A stretch of DNA of 64,000 nt from Alphaproteobacteria bacterium (GTDB lineage: Bacteria; Pseudomonadota; Alphaproteobacteria; Micropepsales; Micropepsaceae): assembly GCA_015654635.1 (NCBI GenBank), contig JAATGP010000007.1, forward strand, positions 17,771-81,770, written 5' to 3'. How positions within the stretch are numbered: the first letter of the stretch is position 1; every line of letters begins with the position of its first letter. The notes under the pieces are model-generated. The model made no database searches and had not been told where the DNA came from. It worked only from the letters and a program-made list of their open reading frames with translations. The position numbers and the translations under genes are program-made. Below, piece by piece: positions 32,131 to 42,173 of this stretch.

Positions 32131-33549
32131 TCAACTCACCGGATAGGGTGCGAACCGGCTTCGGTTTTCATCCACCGCGACGCGCTTGCCGATGGGCGGA
32201 AAAGCGCGCTGCGAACAGTTCGGGCGCTCGCAAACCCGACAGCCGGCGCCGATGGGCGTTGCGGACTGAAGATCGGTTAGATCGAGCCCCTTCGCATATA
32301 CCAGTCTCGGTGCATGGCGTATATCGCAGCCCAAACCGATCGCGAAGGTCTTGCCCGGCGCGCCATAACCATCGCCGCCACGCGAGACCGTGCGCGCGAT
32401 CCAGAGATAAGTGCGCCCGTCCGGCATCTGGGCGATCTGCGTCAGAATCTGGCCTGGCTGCGCAAAGGCAGCATAAACATTCCACAACGGACAGGCGCCA
32501 CCAACGCGCGAGAAGTGGAAGTCCGTCGCCGATTGGCGTTTCGAGATATTGCCGGCGCGGTCCACCCGGATGAAGAAGAACGGCACGCCACGCGCTTCGG
32601 GACGCTGCAAGGTCGAAAGCCGGTGACAGACCGTTTCGAATCCCACACCGAACTGCCGACCTAGACGCTCGATATCGTAGCGGAGCGTCTCAGCCGCCTG
32701 ATGGAAAAGCCCGTAAGGCAGGATAAGCCCGCCCGCAAAATAATTCGCCAAACCGATCCGTCCCAGCGCACGGGCCTCGTCGCTGGAGAAGGCTGCGTCC
32801 TGTGTCAAACGGTCGAGCGCCGTTCCCACCTCCAGGAAAGCCAGTTGCGTTGCCATCTGGAAGGCCTGCTGGCCCGGACGCAGTTCGGCGGAGAGATAGA
32901 GAACCTTGCTCGCGGGATCGAAGCGCCGCTGTGTTCCGCTCACCGTATCTTCGATGCGCTCGATCACGACGCGCACACCGTGCCGGCGGGACAGCCAATC
33001 CGTAAAACCGGCATGGACGCCACCGGGCGACAACTCCGCTTTGCGATAGAGCCGCTCCGCGGCCTCATCGAGTTCGGCGATGTAATTGTGGCGCGAATAG
33101 AAGAAGTCGCGCACCTCTTCATAGGGCATGGGCTGCGGCGCTTCGGTTTCCCAATCGTCGCCGAGGCGCGCCGCCATTGCTTCGGTTCGTTGCACGCTCT
33201 CGCGATAGCGCCGGTGCAGCGTGATCAGGGCGCGGCCGATGGCGGGCATGTTGGCGGCTAACTCGCGGATTTCGGCAGTCGTCACGCGCTCGATAGTCTG
33301 GGTATCCGACAGCGTGTCACGCAAATCGGCGATCAGGCGCGCTTCCTCGTCTTCGGAGAAAAGCTGTACGTCGATGCCGAGCGCTGCGTTGATCTTCAAG
33401 AGCACCGGCACCGTCAGCGGACGCTGGTTTTTCTCAAGCTGGCTCAGATAGCTCGTGGAAAGCTCCAGCGCATCGGCAAGCGCTGCCTGGGTCAGGCCGC
33501 GTTCCTCGCGCAGCCGCCGCAACCGGACTCCCATGAACGCCTTGCGCAT
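32131..33549 (-). CDS. ScfR-family (PrpR/MccR-like) regulator of the methylcitrate operon
   Basis: Same architecture as 30181..31599 (MRKAFMGVRLRRLREERGLTQAALADALELSTSYLSQLEKNQRPL ... GGACPLW ... CRVCERPNC). The start is placed at 33549 by analogy to the paralog; the ORF is open to 33594. Confidence 0.8.
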   Translation of the reverse strand: MRKAFMGVRLRRLREERGLTQAALADALELSTSYLSQLEKNQRPLTVPVLLKINAALGIDVQLFSEDEEARLIADLRDTLSDTQTIERVTTAEIRELAANMPAIGRALITLHRRYRESVQRTEAMAARLGDDWETEAPQPMPYEEVRDFFYSRHNYIAELDEAAERLYRKAELSPGGVHAGFTDWLSRRHGVRVVIERIEDTVSGTQRRFDPASKVLYLSAELRPGQQAFQMATQLAFLEVGTALDRLTQDAAFSSDEARALGRIGLANYFAGGLILPYGLFHQAAETLRYDIERLGRQFGVGFETVCHRLSTLQRPEARGVPFFFIRVDRAGNISKRQSATDFHFSRVGGACPLWNVYAAFAQPGQILTQIAQMPDGRTYLWIARTVSRGGDGYGAPGKTFAIGLGCDIRHAPRLVYAKGLDLTDLQSATPIGAGCRVCERPNCSQRAFPPIGKRVAVDENRSRFAPYPVS

Positions 33550-33561
33550 CACCATATTCAC

Positions 33562-33648
33562 AAACTTTGCAACTTCGGTCATTTCGCTCCACAAAACTAC
33601 GCTAATTCAGTGGTTTCGTGATGCTGTAAGATTGCGGATATTGCGGAA
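33562..33648. promoter_or_regulatory. Candidate ScfR operators: AAACTTTGCAA (33562-72) and TTGCGGAtaTTGCGGA (33632-47)
   Basis: AAACTTTGCAA matches 11/13 of the RamB box A(A/G)AACTTTGCAAA as I recall it. The 9-nt-spaced direct repeat abuts the ATG of the first prp-operon gene. Confidence 0.35.
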
Positions 33649-34086
33649 ATGCAGCCCGCAGCGCAAGCCGTACCATCCGATCATCCCAGCGACCTGCCGG
33701 GCGAAGCGCGTCTTCTGGAAATGGTTTTTCCAGAACAGGCCAATCACTACGGCACGCTCTTTGGCGGGACCGCGCTCGCCCTGATGGGCAAGGCGGCGTT
33801 CATCGCCGCGAGCCGGCACGCACGCTGTGCTGTCGTCATGGCGGCATCCGACCGCATCGAATTCCATGTGCCGGTGAAGGTCGGCCAGATGATCGAGCTG
33901 CACGCATGGATCGAGCGGCGTGGACGCACCTCGATGACGGTCGCCGTCGATGTCGTCGCCGAAACGCCGGCGACCGGCGTGCGCCAACCTGCCATGCGTG
34001 GCCGCTTCGAGATGGTCGCCGTCGATGCGAACGGCCGTCCCACGCCGATCACTTCCCCATCGCACAATGAGAACGCCGACACATGA
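33649..34086 (+). CDS. Hotdog-fold acyl-CoA thioesterase (YciA-like)
   Basis: [30 protein letters not shown] ... [11 protein letters not shown] overlap with prpD. Confidence 0.8.
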   Translation: MQPAAQAVPSDHPSDLPGEARLLEMVFPEQANHYGTLFGGTALALMGKAAFIAASRHARCAVVMAASDRIEFHVPVKVGQMIELHAWIERRGRTSMTVAVDVVAETPATGVRQPAMRGRFEMVAVDANGRPTPITSPSHNENADT

Positions 34087-35624
34087 AGCTTCATACCGTC
34101 CGTACCTACAAATCCGCCGAGATGCTCAAGCGCGAAGACCAGCTTGCCTGGAAGCTTGCCGCAGTCGCGAGCGACCCGGTGGCCGTCGAAGACGATGTCG
34201 TCGAGATGATCGGCAATCGCATCATCGACAATGCGGCGGTAGCCGCCGCGTCGGTCAATCGTCATCCGGTCGTTAGTGCGCGGGCGCAAGCCGTGACGCA
34301 TCCCTATACGCGCGGCGCAACGGTAGTCGGATTGCCCAGCACATCGCGGGTCTCGCCCGAATGGGCGGCCTGGGCGAATGGTGTCGCCGTGCGGGAGTTG
34401 GACTATCACGACACGTTCCTGGCCGCGGAATATTCGCATCCTGGCGACAATATCCCGCCGGTGCTGGCCGTGGCGCAGCATTGCGGTTTGTCAGGCGCCG
34501 ATCTCATCCGCGGCATCGCGGCTGGATATGAAATCCAGGTCGATCTCGTGAAGGGCATCTGCCTGCACGAGCACAAGATCGACCACATCGCCCATCTCGG
34601 CCCTTCGGCGGCTGCCGGAATCGGCGCGGCGCTCAATCTGCCAACCGAGACGGTCTATCAGGCAATTCAGCAGGCGCTGCACGTCACCACCACCACGCGC
34701 CAGTCGCGCAAGGGTGAGATTTCGAGCTGGAAAGCTTACGCGCCCGCTTTCGCGGGAAAGATGGCGGTGGAAGCGGTGGACCGCGCGCTCCGTGGCGAAG
34801 GCGCGCCGTCGCCGGCCTATGAGGGCGAGGACGGTTTTATCGCGTGGCTGCTGGGCGGCTCCAAGGTCGAATACCTCGTCCCGCTGCCGGAGCCGGGTGA
34901 GCCCAAACGCGCGATCCTCGATACTTATACGAAAGAACATTCCGCAGAATATCAAAGCCAGGCGTTGATCGATCTGGCGCGTAGGCTTGGTCCCAGGATC
35001 GGCGATCTTTCGCGCGTGAAGGACATCCTGATCCGCACCAGCCATCACACCCATTATGTGATCGGCACCGGCGCCAACGATCCGCAAAAGATGGACCCGA
35101 ACGCCAGCCGCGAAACGCTGGATCACTCCATCATGTACATCTTCGCGGTCGCGCTGGAAGACGGCGGCTGGCATCACGAGCGATCCTATGCACCGGAACG
35201 CGCGAAGCGGCCGGAAACCGTCGCGCTCTGGCACAATATCCGCACCGAGGAAGACCCGGCGTGGACGACGCGGTATCACGCGACCGATCCGAAGGTGAAA
35301 GCCTTCGGCGGCCATGTCGTCGTCACGCTGAAGGATGGGAGCGTTATTGAAGATGAGATCGCCGTCGCCGACGCCCATCCGCTCGGCGCCCATCCCTGGA
35401 AACGTCCCGATTATATCCGTAAGTTCCAGCTTCTCGCGGACGGCGTGGTCAGCGCAAGCGAACAGACGCGCTTCCTCGCCGCTGTCGAGAACCTCCCGCA
35501 ACTGAAGCCCGACGATCTTTTCCAACTGAGTTTCCGCGTCGAGCGGCTCGAACGGCCCGCGACGCACGGACTCTTCGACTGGCCCACCAAAGAGTGGCCG
35601 TCGCCACATGCATCCTTCGCCTGA
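34083..35624 (+). CDS. prpD: 2-methylcitrate dehydratase (MmgE/PrpD family)
   Basis: 513 aa with PrpD-family features (..[20 protein letters not shown]..), in context with prpC and prpB. Confidence 0.9.
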   Translation: MKLHTVRTYKSAEMLKREDQLAWKLAAVASDPVAVEDDVVEMIGNRIIDNAAVAAASVNRHPVVSARAQAVTHPYTRGATVVGLPSTSRVSPEWAAWANGVAVRELDYHDTFLAAEYSHPGDNIPPVLAVAQHCGLSGADLIRGIAAGYEIQVDLVKGICLHEHKIDHIAHLGPSAAAGIGAALNLPTETVYQAIQQALHVTTTTRQSRKGEISSWKAYAPAFAGKMAVEAVDRALRGEGAPSPAYEGEDGFIAWLLGGSKVEYLVPLPEPGEPKRAILDTYTKEHSAEYQSQALIDLARRLGPRIGDLSRVKDILIRTSHHTHYVIGTGANDPQKMDPNASRETLDHSIMYIFAVALEDGGWHHERSYAPERAKRPETVALWHNIRTEEDPAWTTRYHATDPKVKAFGGHVVVTLKDGSVIEDEIAVADAHPLGAHPWKRPDYIRKFQLLADGVVSASEQTRFLAAVENLPQLKPDDLFQLSFRVERLERPATHGLFDWPTKEWPSPHASFA

Positions 35625-35634
35625 GGAGGCCCCC

Positions 35635-36804
35635 ATGTCCGAAGCACCCAAGCCGAAGAAGTCAGTGGCGTTATCCGGTGTGCTGGCGGGCAACACCGCG
35701 CTCTGCACCGTAGGGCGGACCGGCAACGATCTGCACTATCGCGGTTATGACATTCTCGATGTGGCCGAGGCCTGCGAGTTCGAGGAGATCGCGCACTTGC
35801 TTGTGCATGGCACGCTGCCGACCGAATCTCATCTCGCAAGCTACAAGGAAAAACTGCGTAGCCTGCGCGGGTTGCCCGCAGCCGTGAAGCAGACGCTGGA
35901 AGCGATCCCGGCGGCGGCCCATCCGATGGATGTGATGCGTTCCGGTGTTTCGGCGCTGGGTTGCGTGCTACCGGAAGCCGCCGACCACAATCTGCCCGGT
36001 GCCCGCGATATCGCCGACCGGCTGATGGCCTCGCTGGGTTCGATGCTCCTTTACTGGTTTCACTTCGCCCATCACGGACGGCGGATCGAGGTCGAGACGG
36101 ACGACGACAGCATCGGTGCGCATTTCCTGCATCTTTTGCATGGCGTAAAGCCGAGCGCTTCCCACATCCGCGCCATGCACACCTCGCTCATTCTCTACGC
36201 CGAGCATGAGTTCAATGCCTCAACCTTCACGGCGCGCGCCATCGCGGGCACCGGCGCGGATGTCTATTCGGCGGTGACCGGCGCGATCGGCGCCTTGCGC
36301 GGACCCAAGCATGGCGGAGCCAACGAAGCCGCGTTCGATATTCAGAAACGCTATGCCGATGCCGACGAGGCGGAAGCCGACATCCGCCGCCGCGTGGAGG
36401 CCAAGGAGGTCGTGATCGGCTTCGGCCATCCCGTCTATACGGTCGCCGATCCGCGCAACAAGGTCATCAAGGAGGTGGCCCGCGATCTCAGCGCCGAGGC
36501 AGATGCGATGAAGATGTTCGAAATCGCCGAACGGATCGAATCGGTTATGGCGGAAACCAAAAAGATGTTCGCCAACCTCGACTGGTTCAGCGCCGTCTCC
36601 TATCACATGATGGGCGTGCCCACGGCGATGTTCACGCCGCTGTTCGTCATCGCGCGAACGTCAGGCTGGTGCGCGCATGTCATCGAGCAGCGCATCGACA
36701 ACAAGATCATTCGCCCGTCCGCGAATTATACGGGGCCAGAGAATCTGGTCTTCGTGCCGCTCAAGGAGCGCGGTAAAACCGGCAAGCGGCAGAAAGCCGC
36801 CTGA
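35635..36804 (+). CDS. prpC: 2-methylcitrate synthase (citrate synthase family)
   Basis: Start [16 protein letters not shown] after a GAGGAGG RBS. Carries [25 protein letters not shown] and GFGHPVY signatures. Confidence 0.9.
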   Translation: MSEAPKPKKSVALSGVLAGNTALCTVGRTGNDLHYRGYDILDVAEACEFEEIAHLLVHGTLPTESHLASYKEKLRSLRGLPAAVKQTLEAIPAAAHPMDVMRSGVSALGCVLPEAADHNLPGARDIADRLMASLGSMLLYWFHFAHHGRRIEVETDDDSIGAHFLHLLHGVKPSASHIRAMHTSLILYAEHEFNASTFTARAIAGTGADVYSAVTGAIGALRGPKHGGANEAAFDIQKRYADADEAEADIRRRVEAKEVVIGFGHPVYTVADPRNKVIKEVARDLSAEADAMKMFEIAERIESVMAETKKMFANLDWFSAVSYHMMGVPTAMFTPLFVIARTSGWCAHVIEQRIDNKIIRPSANYTGPENLVFVPLKERGKTGKRQKAA

Positions 36805-36815
36805 AGGACCAAGCC

Positions 36816-37751
36816 ATGCCCTATCTCGTCGCCGCCGATCTGCCCGTACAATCTGCCGCCCGCCGATTCCGCGAACTGCTCGCGCGCCCGAATATCCTGC
36901 GTCTGCCCGGTGCCCACAATGGTATGGCGGCGCTTCAGGCGCGGGCGGCAGGATTCGAGGCGCTCTATCTCTCCGGCGCAGCGATGACCGCTTCGATGGG
37001 ATTGCCTGACCTCGGCGTCATCACCGTAGACGAAGTGGCATTCTTCATCCGTCAAATCGCGCGCGCGAGCGGCCTGCCGCTTCTGGTCGATGGCGACACC
37101 GGATACGGCGAAGCGCTCAACGTCATGCACATGGTGCGCACCTTCGAAGACGCTGGCGCCGGTGCGGTTCATATCGAAGACCAGCTCCTGCCCAAGAAAT
37201 GCGGCCACCTCAACGACAAGAAACTCGCCGACGCGCATGACATGGCAGCCAAGGTGGCGGCGGCCGCGAAAGCGCGGCGCGATCTGCTCATCATCGCGCG
37301 CACCGATGCTGCGGCGAGTGAAGGCATCGACGGCGCTGTTGCGCGCGCAAAGCTCTACCTTGAAGCCGGTGCCGATGCGATTTTTCCAGAGGCGTTGACG
37401 ACCGCGGAGATGTTCCGCGCATTCGCGGAGTCGCTCCCCGGCGCGAAACTGCTCGCCAACATGACCGAGTTCGGCAGGACGCCGTTCTTCACGGCGAATG
37501 AATTCGAGAAGATGGGCTACAGCATGGTGATCTGGCCGGTCAGTTCGCTGCGCGTCGCCAACAAGGCGCAGGAGAAGCTTTATGCCGCCATCGCGCGCGA
37601 CGGCGGTACGCAGAACATGATCGATGCGATGCAGACGCGCACCGAACTCTACGCAACCATCGGTTATCACGACTACGAGGCGCTCGATGCCTCAATCGTC
37701 GAGACGGTGATCGCGGAAATCATGACCCAGCGCCGCCCCCAAAAGACATAA
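36816..37751 (+). CDS. prpB: Methylisocitrate lyase
   Basis: PEP-mutase/ICL superfamily: DGDTGYG..HIEDQ..PKKCGHLNDK. Confidence 0.9.
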   Translation: MPYLVAADLPVQSAARRFRELLARPNILRLPGAHNGMAALQARAAGFEALYLSGAAMTASMGLPDLGVITVDEVAFFIRQIARASGLPLLVDGDTGYGEALNVMHMVRTFEDAGAGAVHIEDQLLPKKCGHLNDKKLADAHDMAAKVAAAAKARRDLLIIARTDAAASEGIDGAVARAKLYLEAGADAIFPEALTTAEMFRAFAESLPGAKLLANMTEFGRTPFFTANEFEKMGYSMVIWPVSSLRVANKAQEKLYAAIARDGGTQNMIDAMQTRTELYATIGYHDYEALDASIVETVIAEIMTQRRPQKT

Positions 37752-37770
37752 AGACTTCTTTATATCCTTG

Positions 37771-37800
37771 TTGACAGAAGGAGTTGGCTTCGGCTTAATC
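37771..37800 (+). promoter_or_regulatory. Candidate sigma-70 promoter TTGACA-N18-TTAATC for the metE leader
   Basis: TTGACA at 37771-76 and TTAATC at 37795-800, immediately upstream of the riboswitch. Confidence 0.4.
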
Positions 37801-37804
37801 GGCC

Positions 37805-38000
37805 TATCGTGGTTCTCCCGGTCGCGTTGGCCGGGAGCTAAGAGGGAATCCGGTGCGCCGGGCTTTCGAAAGAAAGACGGCAATGCCGGAGCTGCCCCCG
37901 CAACTGTAAGCGGCGAGCCCGCTGTCGTTTCCGGTCACTGACGTTCGCGTCGGGAAGACCAGACAGCAGGCAATGACCCGTGAGCCAGGAGACCTGCCAC
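37805..38000 (+). promoter_or_regulatory. Cobalamin (B12) riboswitch in the metE leader
   Basis: GGTTCTCCCGG..CCGGGAGCTAAGAGGGAATCCGGTG..GCTGCCCCCGCAACTGTAAGCGG..GTCACTG..GGGAAGACC..GAGCCAGGAGACCTGCC. Downstream, GCCCTTGCCCTC can pair with the GAGGAAGGGC RBS at 38101-38110. Confidence 0.85.
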
Positions 38001-38113
38001 GATGAAAGAACGTCCACGGGCGGGGTGCTCCTGTTGGTCGCTTGCAGCAGACGGAGTCCGTCTGCGACACGCGCTCCACTTGGCCCTTGCCCTCATCAGT
38101 AGAGGAAGGGCTC

Positions 38114-40438
38114 ATGTCCATCACCGTCAGCGCACTCGGCTTCCCCCGCATCGGTCCGCACCGCGAACTCAAGACCGCCCTTGAAGGCTATTGGGCTGGC
38201 AAGAGCGACGAGCAGACCCTGTTGAAGAAAGCCGCAAGCCTGCGCGCAGCAACATGGGCGCGGCAGAAAGCGCTGGGCGTCACGCATATCCCGAGCAACG
38301 ATTTCTCGCTCTACGACCATGTGCTCGATACGAGCGTGATGGTAGGCGCCATCCCACCCATCTACGGCTGGGATGGCGGCACGGTTTCGCTCGACACCTA
38401 TTTCGCGATGGCGCGCGGCAGCCAGCCTGATGCGGACGATGGACATGCCCATGCGCATGGCGGTCACGGCGATCTGCCCGCACTGGAAATGACGAAATGG
38501 TTCGACACCAACTATCACTACATGGTGCCTGAGCTTGCGCCGGATCAGACGTTCACACTCGCATCGACCAAACCGATCGACGAATTCCTGGAAGCAAAGG
38601 CGCTCGGCTATCAGACGCGGCCGGTTCTGCTCGGTCCCGTCACCTATCTTCTGCTCGCCAAGAGCAAACAGAAGGGCTTCGACACGCTGTCGCTGCTCGA
38701 CAGATTGTTGCCGGTCTATGCCGATGTTCTCAAGCGGCTGGGTGAGTCCGGTGCCGAATGGCTGCAAATCGACGAGCCTGCGCTTGTCCTCGATCTCAGC
38801 AACGAGGCGCGCGCCGCGTTCGGAAAAGCCCATGCGGTGCTGAAGAACGCCGCGCCTGGCCTGAAGCTGCTGCTCACGACATATTTTGGCGCACTGGACG
38901 ACAATCTCGACACCGCGCTGAATCTCCCGGTTGCCGGTTTGCATATCGACCTGGTCCGCGCGCCGCAGCAACTCGAAGACGTGCTCGCCAAAGCACCGGC
39001 CAATCTCGTTCTGTCGCTTGGCGTCATCGACGGCCGCAACATCTGGCGTGCCGATCTGAACGCGCTGTTGGCCCGGCTGCAGCCTATCGTCGCCTCCGGG
39101 CGCCAAATCCTGCTCGCGCCGTCATGCTCGCTTCTGCACACGCCGATTGACTTGGCGCTGGAAACTGATCTCGACCCGGAAGTGAAAGATTGGCTGGCCT
39201 TCGCGGTTCAGAAACTGGACGAGCTTTCGACGCTCGCGGCCGCGCTCGATGGCAGGCGCGAAAGCGTCGCCGACAAATTGGCGATCTCCGCCAAGGCCGT
39301 CGCGGCGCGCAGGGCGTCACCCCGCACAAACGACCCGGCGGTACGCCAGAGGCTGGCGGCGGTGACAGCGGAGATGGCGCGGCGTTCCGAGCCTTTTGCT
39401 GCGCGTCGTACTGTCCAGCGCGGTCGACTCAATCTACCGGCCTTCCCGACGACCACCATCGGCTCGTTCCCGCAAACCACCGATGTGCGCAAGGCGCGCG
39501 CCGCTCACGTCAAAGGCGCGCTTACGGACGCTGAATATGATGCCTTCCTGAAGCGCGAGACGGAAGCGGCCATCCGCTGGCAGGAAGAGATCGGCCTCGA
39601 TGTCCTGGTGCATGGCGAGTTCGAACGCAACGACATGGTGCAGTATTTCGGCGAACAGCTTTCCGGCTTCGTCTTCACCAAGCACGCCTGGGTGCAGAGC
39701 TACGGTTCGCGCTGCGTCCGCCCGCCGATCATCTTCGGCGATGTGTCCCGTCCCAAACCCATGACTGTGGAATGGTGGCACTATGCGCAATCGCTGACCG
39801 GCAAACCCGTGAAGGGCATGCTCACGGGGCCGGTGACGATCTTGCAGTGGTCGTTCGTTCGCGACGACCAGCCCCGTAGCGAAACCTGTCGCCAGATTGC
39901 ACTCGCCATACGCGACGAGGTGCATGATTTGGAAGTCGCGGGCGCCAAAATCATCCAGATTGACGAGGCCGCCCTGCGTGAAGGTCTGCCGCTGCGCCGT
40001 ACAGATTGGCAGCATTATCTAGACTGGGCCGTCGAGTGTTTTCGTCTTACTTCGTCGGGTGTGCGCACGGAAACGCAGATTCATACGCATATGTGCTACT
40101 CCGAGTTCAACGACATCATCGCCGCGATTGGAGCGATGGACGCAGACGTCATCTCCATCGAGACTGCGCGTTCGAAGGTGGAATTGCTGGATGCTTTCCG
40201 GACATACGCCTATCCGAACGAAATCGGTCCCGGCGTTTACGACATCCATTCGCCGCGCGTACCCAGCGTCGAGGAAATGCGCGAACTTCTGCAAGCAGCC
40301 GGCAAACGGCTCGCATCCGACAAGCTTTGGGTCAATCCAGACTGCGGCCTCAAGACGCGAGGTTGGAAGGAAGTTCGTCCGGCACTCGTCAACATGGTCG
40401 AAGCCGCCAGACTGGCACGGGCGGAGGGGACAATTTGA
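38114..40438 (+). CDS. metE: Cobalamin-independent methionine synthase
   Basis: MSITVSALGFPRIGPHRELK N-terminus, C-terminal Zn site HTHMCYSEFNDI, about 775 aa. The ORF track start at 38042 lies inside the leader. Confidence 0.95.
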   Translation: MSITVSALGFPRIGPHRELKTALEGYWAGKSDEQTLLKKAASLRAATWARQKALGVTHIPSNDFSLYDHVLDTSVMVGAIPPIYGWDGGTVSLDTYFAMARGSQPDADDGHAHAHGGHGDLPALEMTKWFDTNYHYMVPELAPDQTFTLASTKPIDEFLEAKALGYQTRPVLLGPVTYLLLAKSKQKGFDTLSLLDRLLPVYADVLKRLGESGAEWLQIDEPALVLDLSNEARAAFGKAHAVLKNAAPGLKLLLTTYFGALDDNLDTALNLPVAGLHIDLVRAPQQLEDVLAKAPANLVLSLGVIDGRNIWRADLNALLARLQPIVASGRQILLAPSCSLLHTPIDLALETDLDPEVKDWLAFAVQKLDELSTLAAALDGRRESVADKLAISAKAVAARRASPRTNDPAVRQRLAAVTAEMARRSEPFAARRTVQRGRLNLPAFPTTTIGSFPQTTDVRKARAAHVKGALTDAEYDAFLKRETEAAIRWQEEIGLDVLVHGEFERNDMVQYFGEQLSGFVFTKHAWVQSYGSRCVRPPIIFGDVSRPKPMTVEWWHYAQSLTGKPVKGMLTGPVTILQWSFVRDDQPRSETCRQIALAIRDEVHDLEVAGAKIIQIDEAALREGLPLRRTDWQHYLDWAVECFRLTSSGVRTETQIHTHMCYSEFNDIIAAIGAMDADVISIETARSKVELLDAFRTYAYPNEIGPGVYDIHSPRVPSVEEMRELLQAAGKRLASDKLWVNPDCGLKTRGWKEVRPALVNMVEAARLARAEGTI

Positions 40439-40468
40439 TGTGTCGAATGTGACACGCATGGCGTAGCG

Positions 40469-41356
40469 ATGCGGCTCAAAGCGCTTCAGTATTTGACGGC
40501 GGTTGTAGATGCGGGAAGTTTTGCCAAGGCCGCCGTTATGCTTGAAGTCAACGCCTCGACGCTCACGCGGTGTATCGATGCATTGGAGGATGAACTTGGG
40601 CTGACGCTTCTCGAACGCAGCCATTCTGGCGTCCGGCTTACCTCCGGTGGGACGGCGGTGATGGTTGCGGTGCGGCGGATGTTGGCAGACCTCGATGCTG
40701 TTGCAGAGACCGCTCGTTACAAAAGCGCAGGCAATGAAGGTGAGCTTAAATTGGGCGTGCGCATGCCGCCGATCGGCGATCCGCTGGAAACGCTGTTGGC
40801 GGAATGGCGCGGCCATCATCCCAAAGTCTCGCTGACGTTGTATGAGATGCCAGACCACGACCTCTACACCGCTGTCGAAAATCGGCGGCTGGATGCGGCT
40901 CTGGTGGCCGGCTACGGCGCGTGGCCCAATGTCGCGACCGAGCCGCTGTTCTGCGAGTTGTTGTTCGCCGCTTTGCCGAACGGCCACCCGCTCTGCGCAC
41001 GCGAAAGTGTCGATTGGAATTGCCTGCGCCGCGAAACGATCCTCGTGCAGGATTGGGATGGAAGCCACGCCACGCGCGAGTTCTACGCGTCGCTGCTCGG
41101 CATTGGAATGCCATTTCAATCCCATTCAGCGAGCGAACAATCGGTGTTGGCCCTGGTAGGTGCCGGCTTCGGCGTGACGCTTGTGACGCATGGTCGGGCG
41201 CTGGCGGACTTCCCTGGCGTGACCTTCAAACCGATAAGGGAGCCCAACGCGCAGATGCGCATAGAATTGGCCTGGGCGCTTGAATCCAAGGACGCTGTCG
41301 TCGGCCGTTTTGTCAGTTTCATGCGCGATAACACCCGTTTGAAGCGAATTCCGTAA
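40469..41356 (+). CDS. LysR-family transcriptional regulator
   Basis: N-terminal wHTH (MRLKALQYLTAVVDAGSFAKAAVMLEVNASTLTRCIDALEDELG) plus a LysR substrate-binding domain. Confidence 0.85.
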   Translation: MRLKALQYLTAVVDAGSFAKAAVMLEVNASTLTRCIDALEDELGLTLLERSHSGVRLTSGGTAVMVAVRRMLADLDAVAETARYKSAGNEGELKLGVRMPPIGDPLETLLAEWRGHHPKVSLTLYEMPDHDLYTAVENRRLDAALVAGYGAWPNVATEPLFCELLFAALPNGHPLCARESVDWNCLRRETILVQDWDGSHATREFYASLLGIGMPFQSHSASEQSVLALVGAGFGVTLVTHGRALADFPGVTFKPIREPNAQMRIELAWALESKDAVVGRFVSFMRDNTRLKRIP

Positions 41357-41891
41357 TCATTCGGATTACTCACGCGATACAGATTGAACGCAGATTGCGC
41401 AGCCCGTCGTTTGTGATTTAGCCGCAGGCGTTTTGCGGTCGGTTGTTCATCGTGCCTTTGCGTCGCGACCTCATTTGATCGATTGCAAGATAAAAGCGAT
41501 GTCGTTGCTCGCCGCTTCGGTGCATTTAAGCAATTGTCTGCACGATACTTTTGACTGATGACGATGCTGCCACCAACAGAAGCCGGCTGGCGCTATCATC
41601 AAATTTCCTTTTCTCATCAAGGCAAAACTGGCTGGCATCGTCGTACGCAAGAGTAGAAGCTGGCGCATATCGTATTGATAGATTTGATGTTTCCTTGAAT
41701 GCGTATGGCAGCGTGGTTTTCGCGACTGGCGGAAAAACTCTGTTGCCACAATCGGATAAGCCAACACGCCGTTGTGGCTTTTATCTCGCCGTCCACGATC
41801 ATGTGTTTCCCGGCTGCCATTCGCGCGAATAAATATCCATGCGATGACATCGCGAAAGCGGGCTCCGGGGTAGGAATCGGTCGTTCCGCTG

Positions 41892-42173
41892 ATGAGGCTG
41901 TGGGGCGATCCTCGCTCCATGTTCCAACGAGACGCACATGAACATAGCGGCCCCGATCAATGGCGGCGAGTTGGTCTGCTGCCCGATGATCTCCACGACT
42001 ATCTGCTGCCTGTTCCACGCCGTTCTGGCCGTCCATCGAAGCATGATCTCTCGGCCTGGACCGTTACCGACGACTGGCCGGCGCGCGTGCCTGTGACCGA
42101 GCGCGAATTGGACGTGTTCGAGGCATGGTTCGGTGATATTCTGGATGAGTTGCTTCGGAGGCACCGGCCATGA
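41892..42173 (+). CDS. Small ORF translationally coupled (ATGA) to the serine recombinase; true start uncertain
   Basis: C-terminal segment TDDWPARVPVTERELDVFEAWFGDILDELL. From memory, this kind of short ORF accompanies recombinase genes on alphaproteobacterial mobile DNA. Confidence 0.35.
   Translation: MRLWGDPRSMFQRDAHEHSGPDQWRRVGLLPDDLHDYLLPVPRRSGRPSKHDLSAWTVTDDWPARVPVTERELDVFEAWFGDILDELLRRHRP

Noticed and set aside
34491-35726. 411-aa minus-strand ORF opposite prpD; similar long shadow ORFs at 36726..37670, 38096..39106, 40019..41125, 30457..31425, 26326..27270, 28414..29295 and 42296..43267
   Set aside because: All are antisense to strongly supported enzymes or regulators. Their products are low-complexity Arg/Ala/Gly-rich translations without recognisable domains.
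38042-38113. metE start at 38042 from the ORF track
   Set aside because: It lies within the riboswitch expression platform. The ATG at 38114 follows a GAGGAAGG RBS and yields the canonical MetE N-terminus.
41471-42036. ORFs 41471..41920 (-), 41617..42036 (-) and 41551..41832 (+) in the AT-richer stretch
   Set aside because: They are mutually overlapping and Cys/Arg/His-rich or featureless. At best they are fragments of a decayed gene, so they are not reported as CDS.
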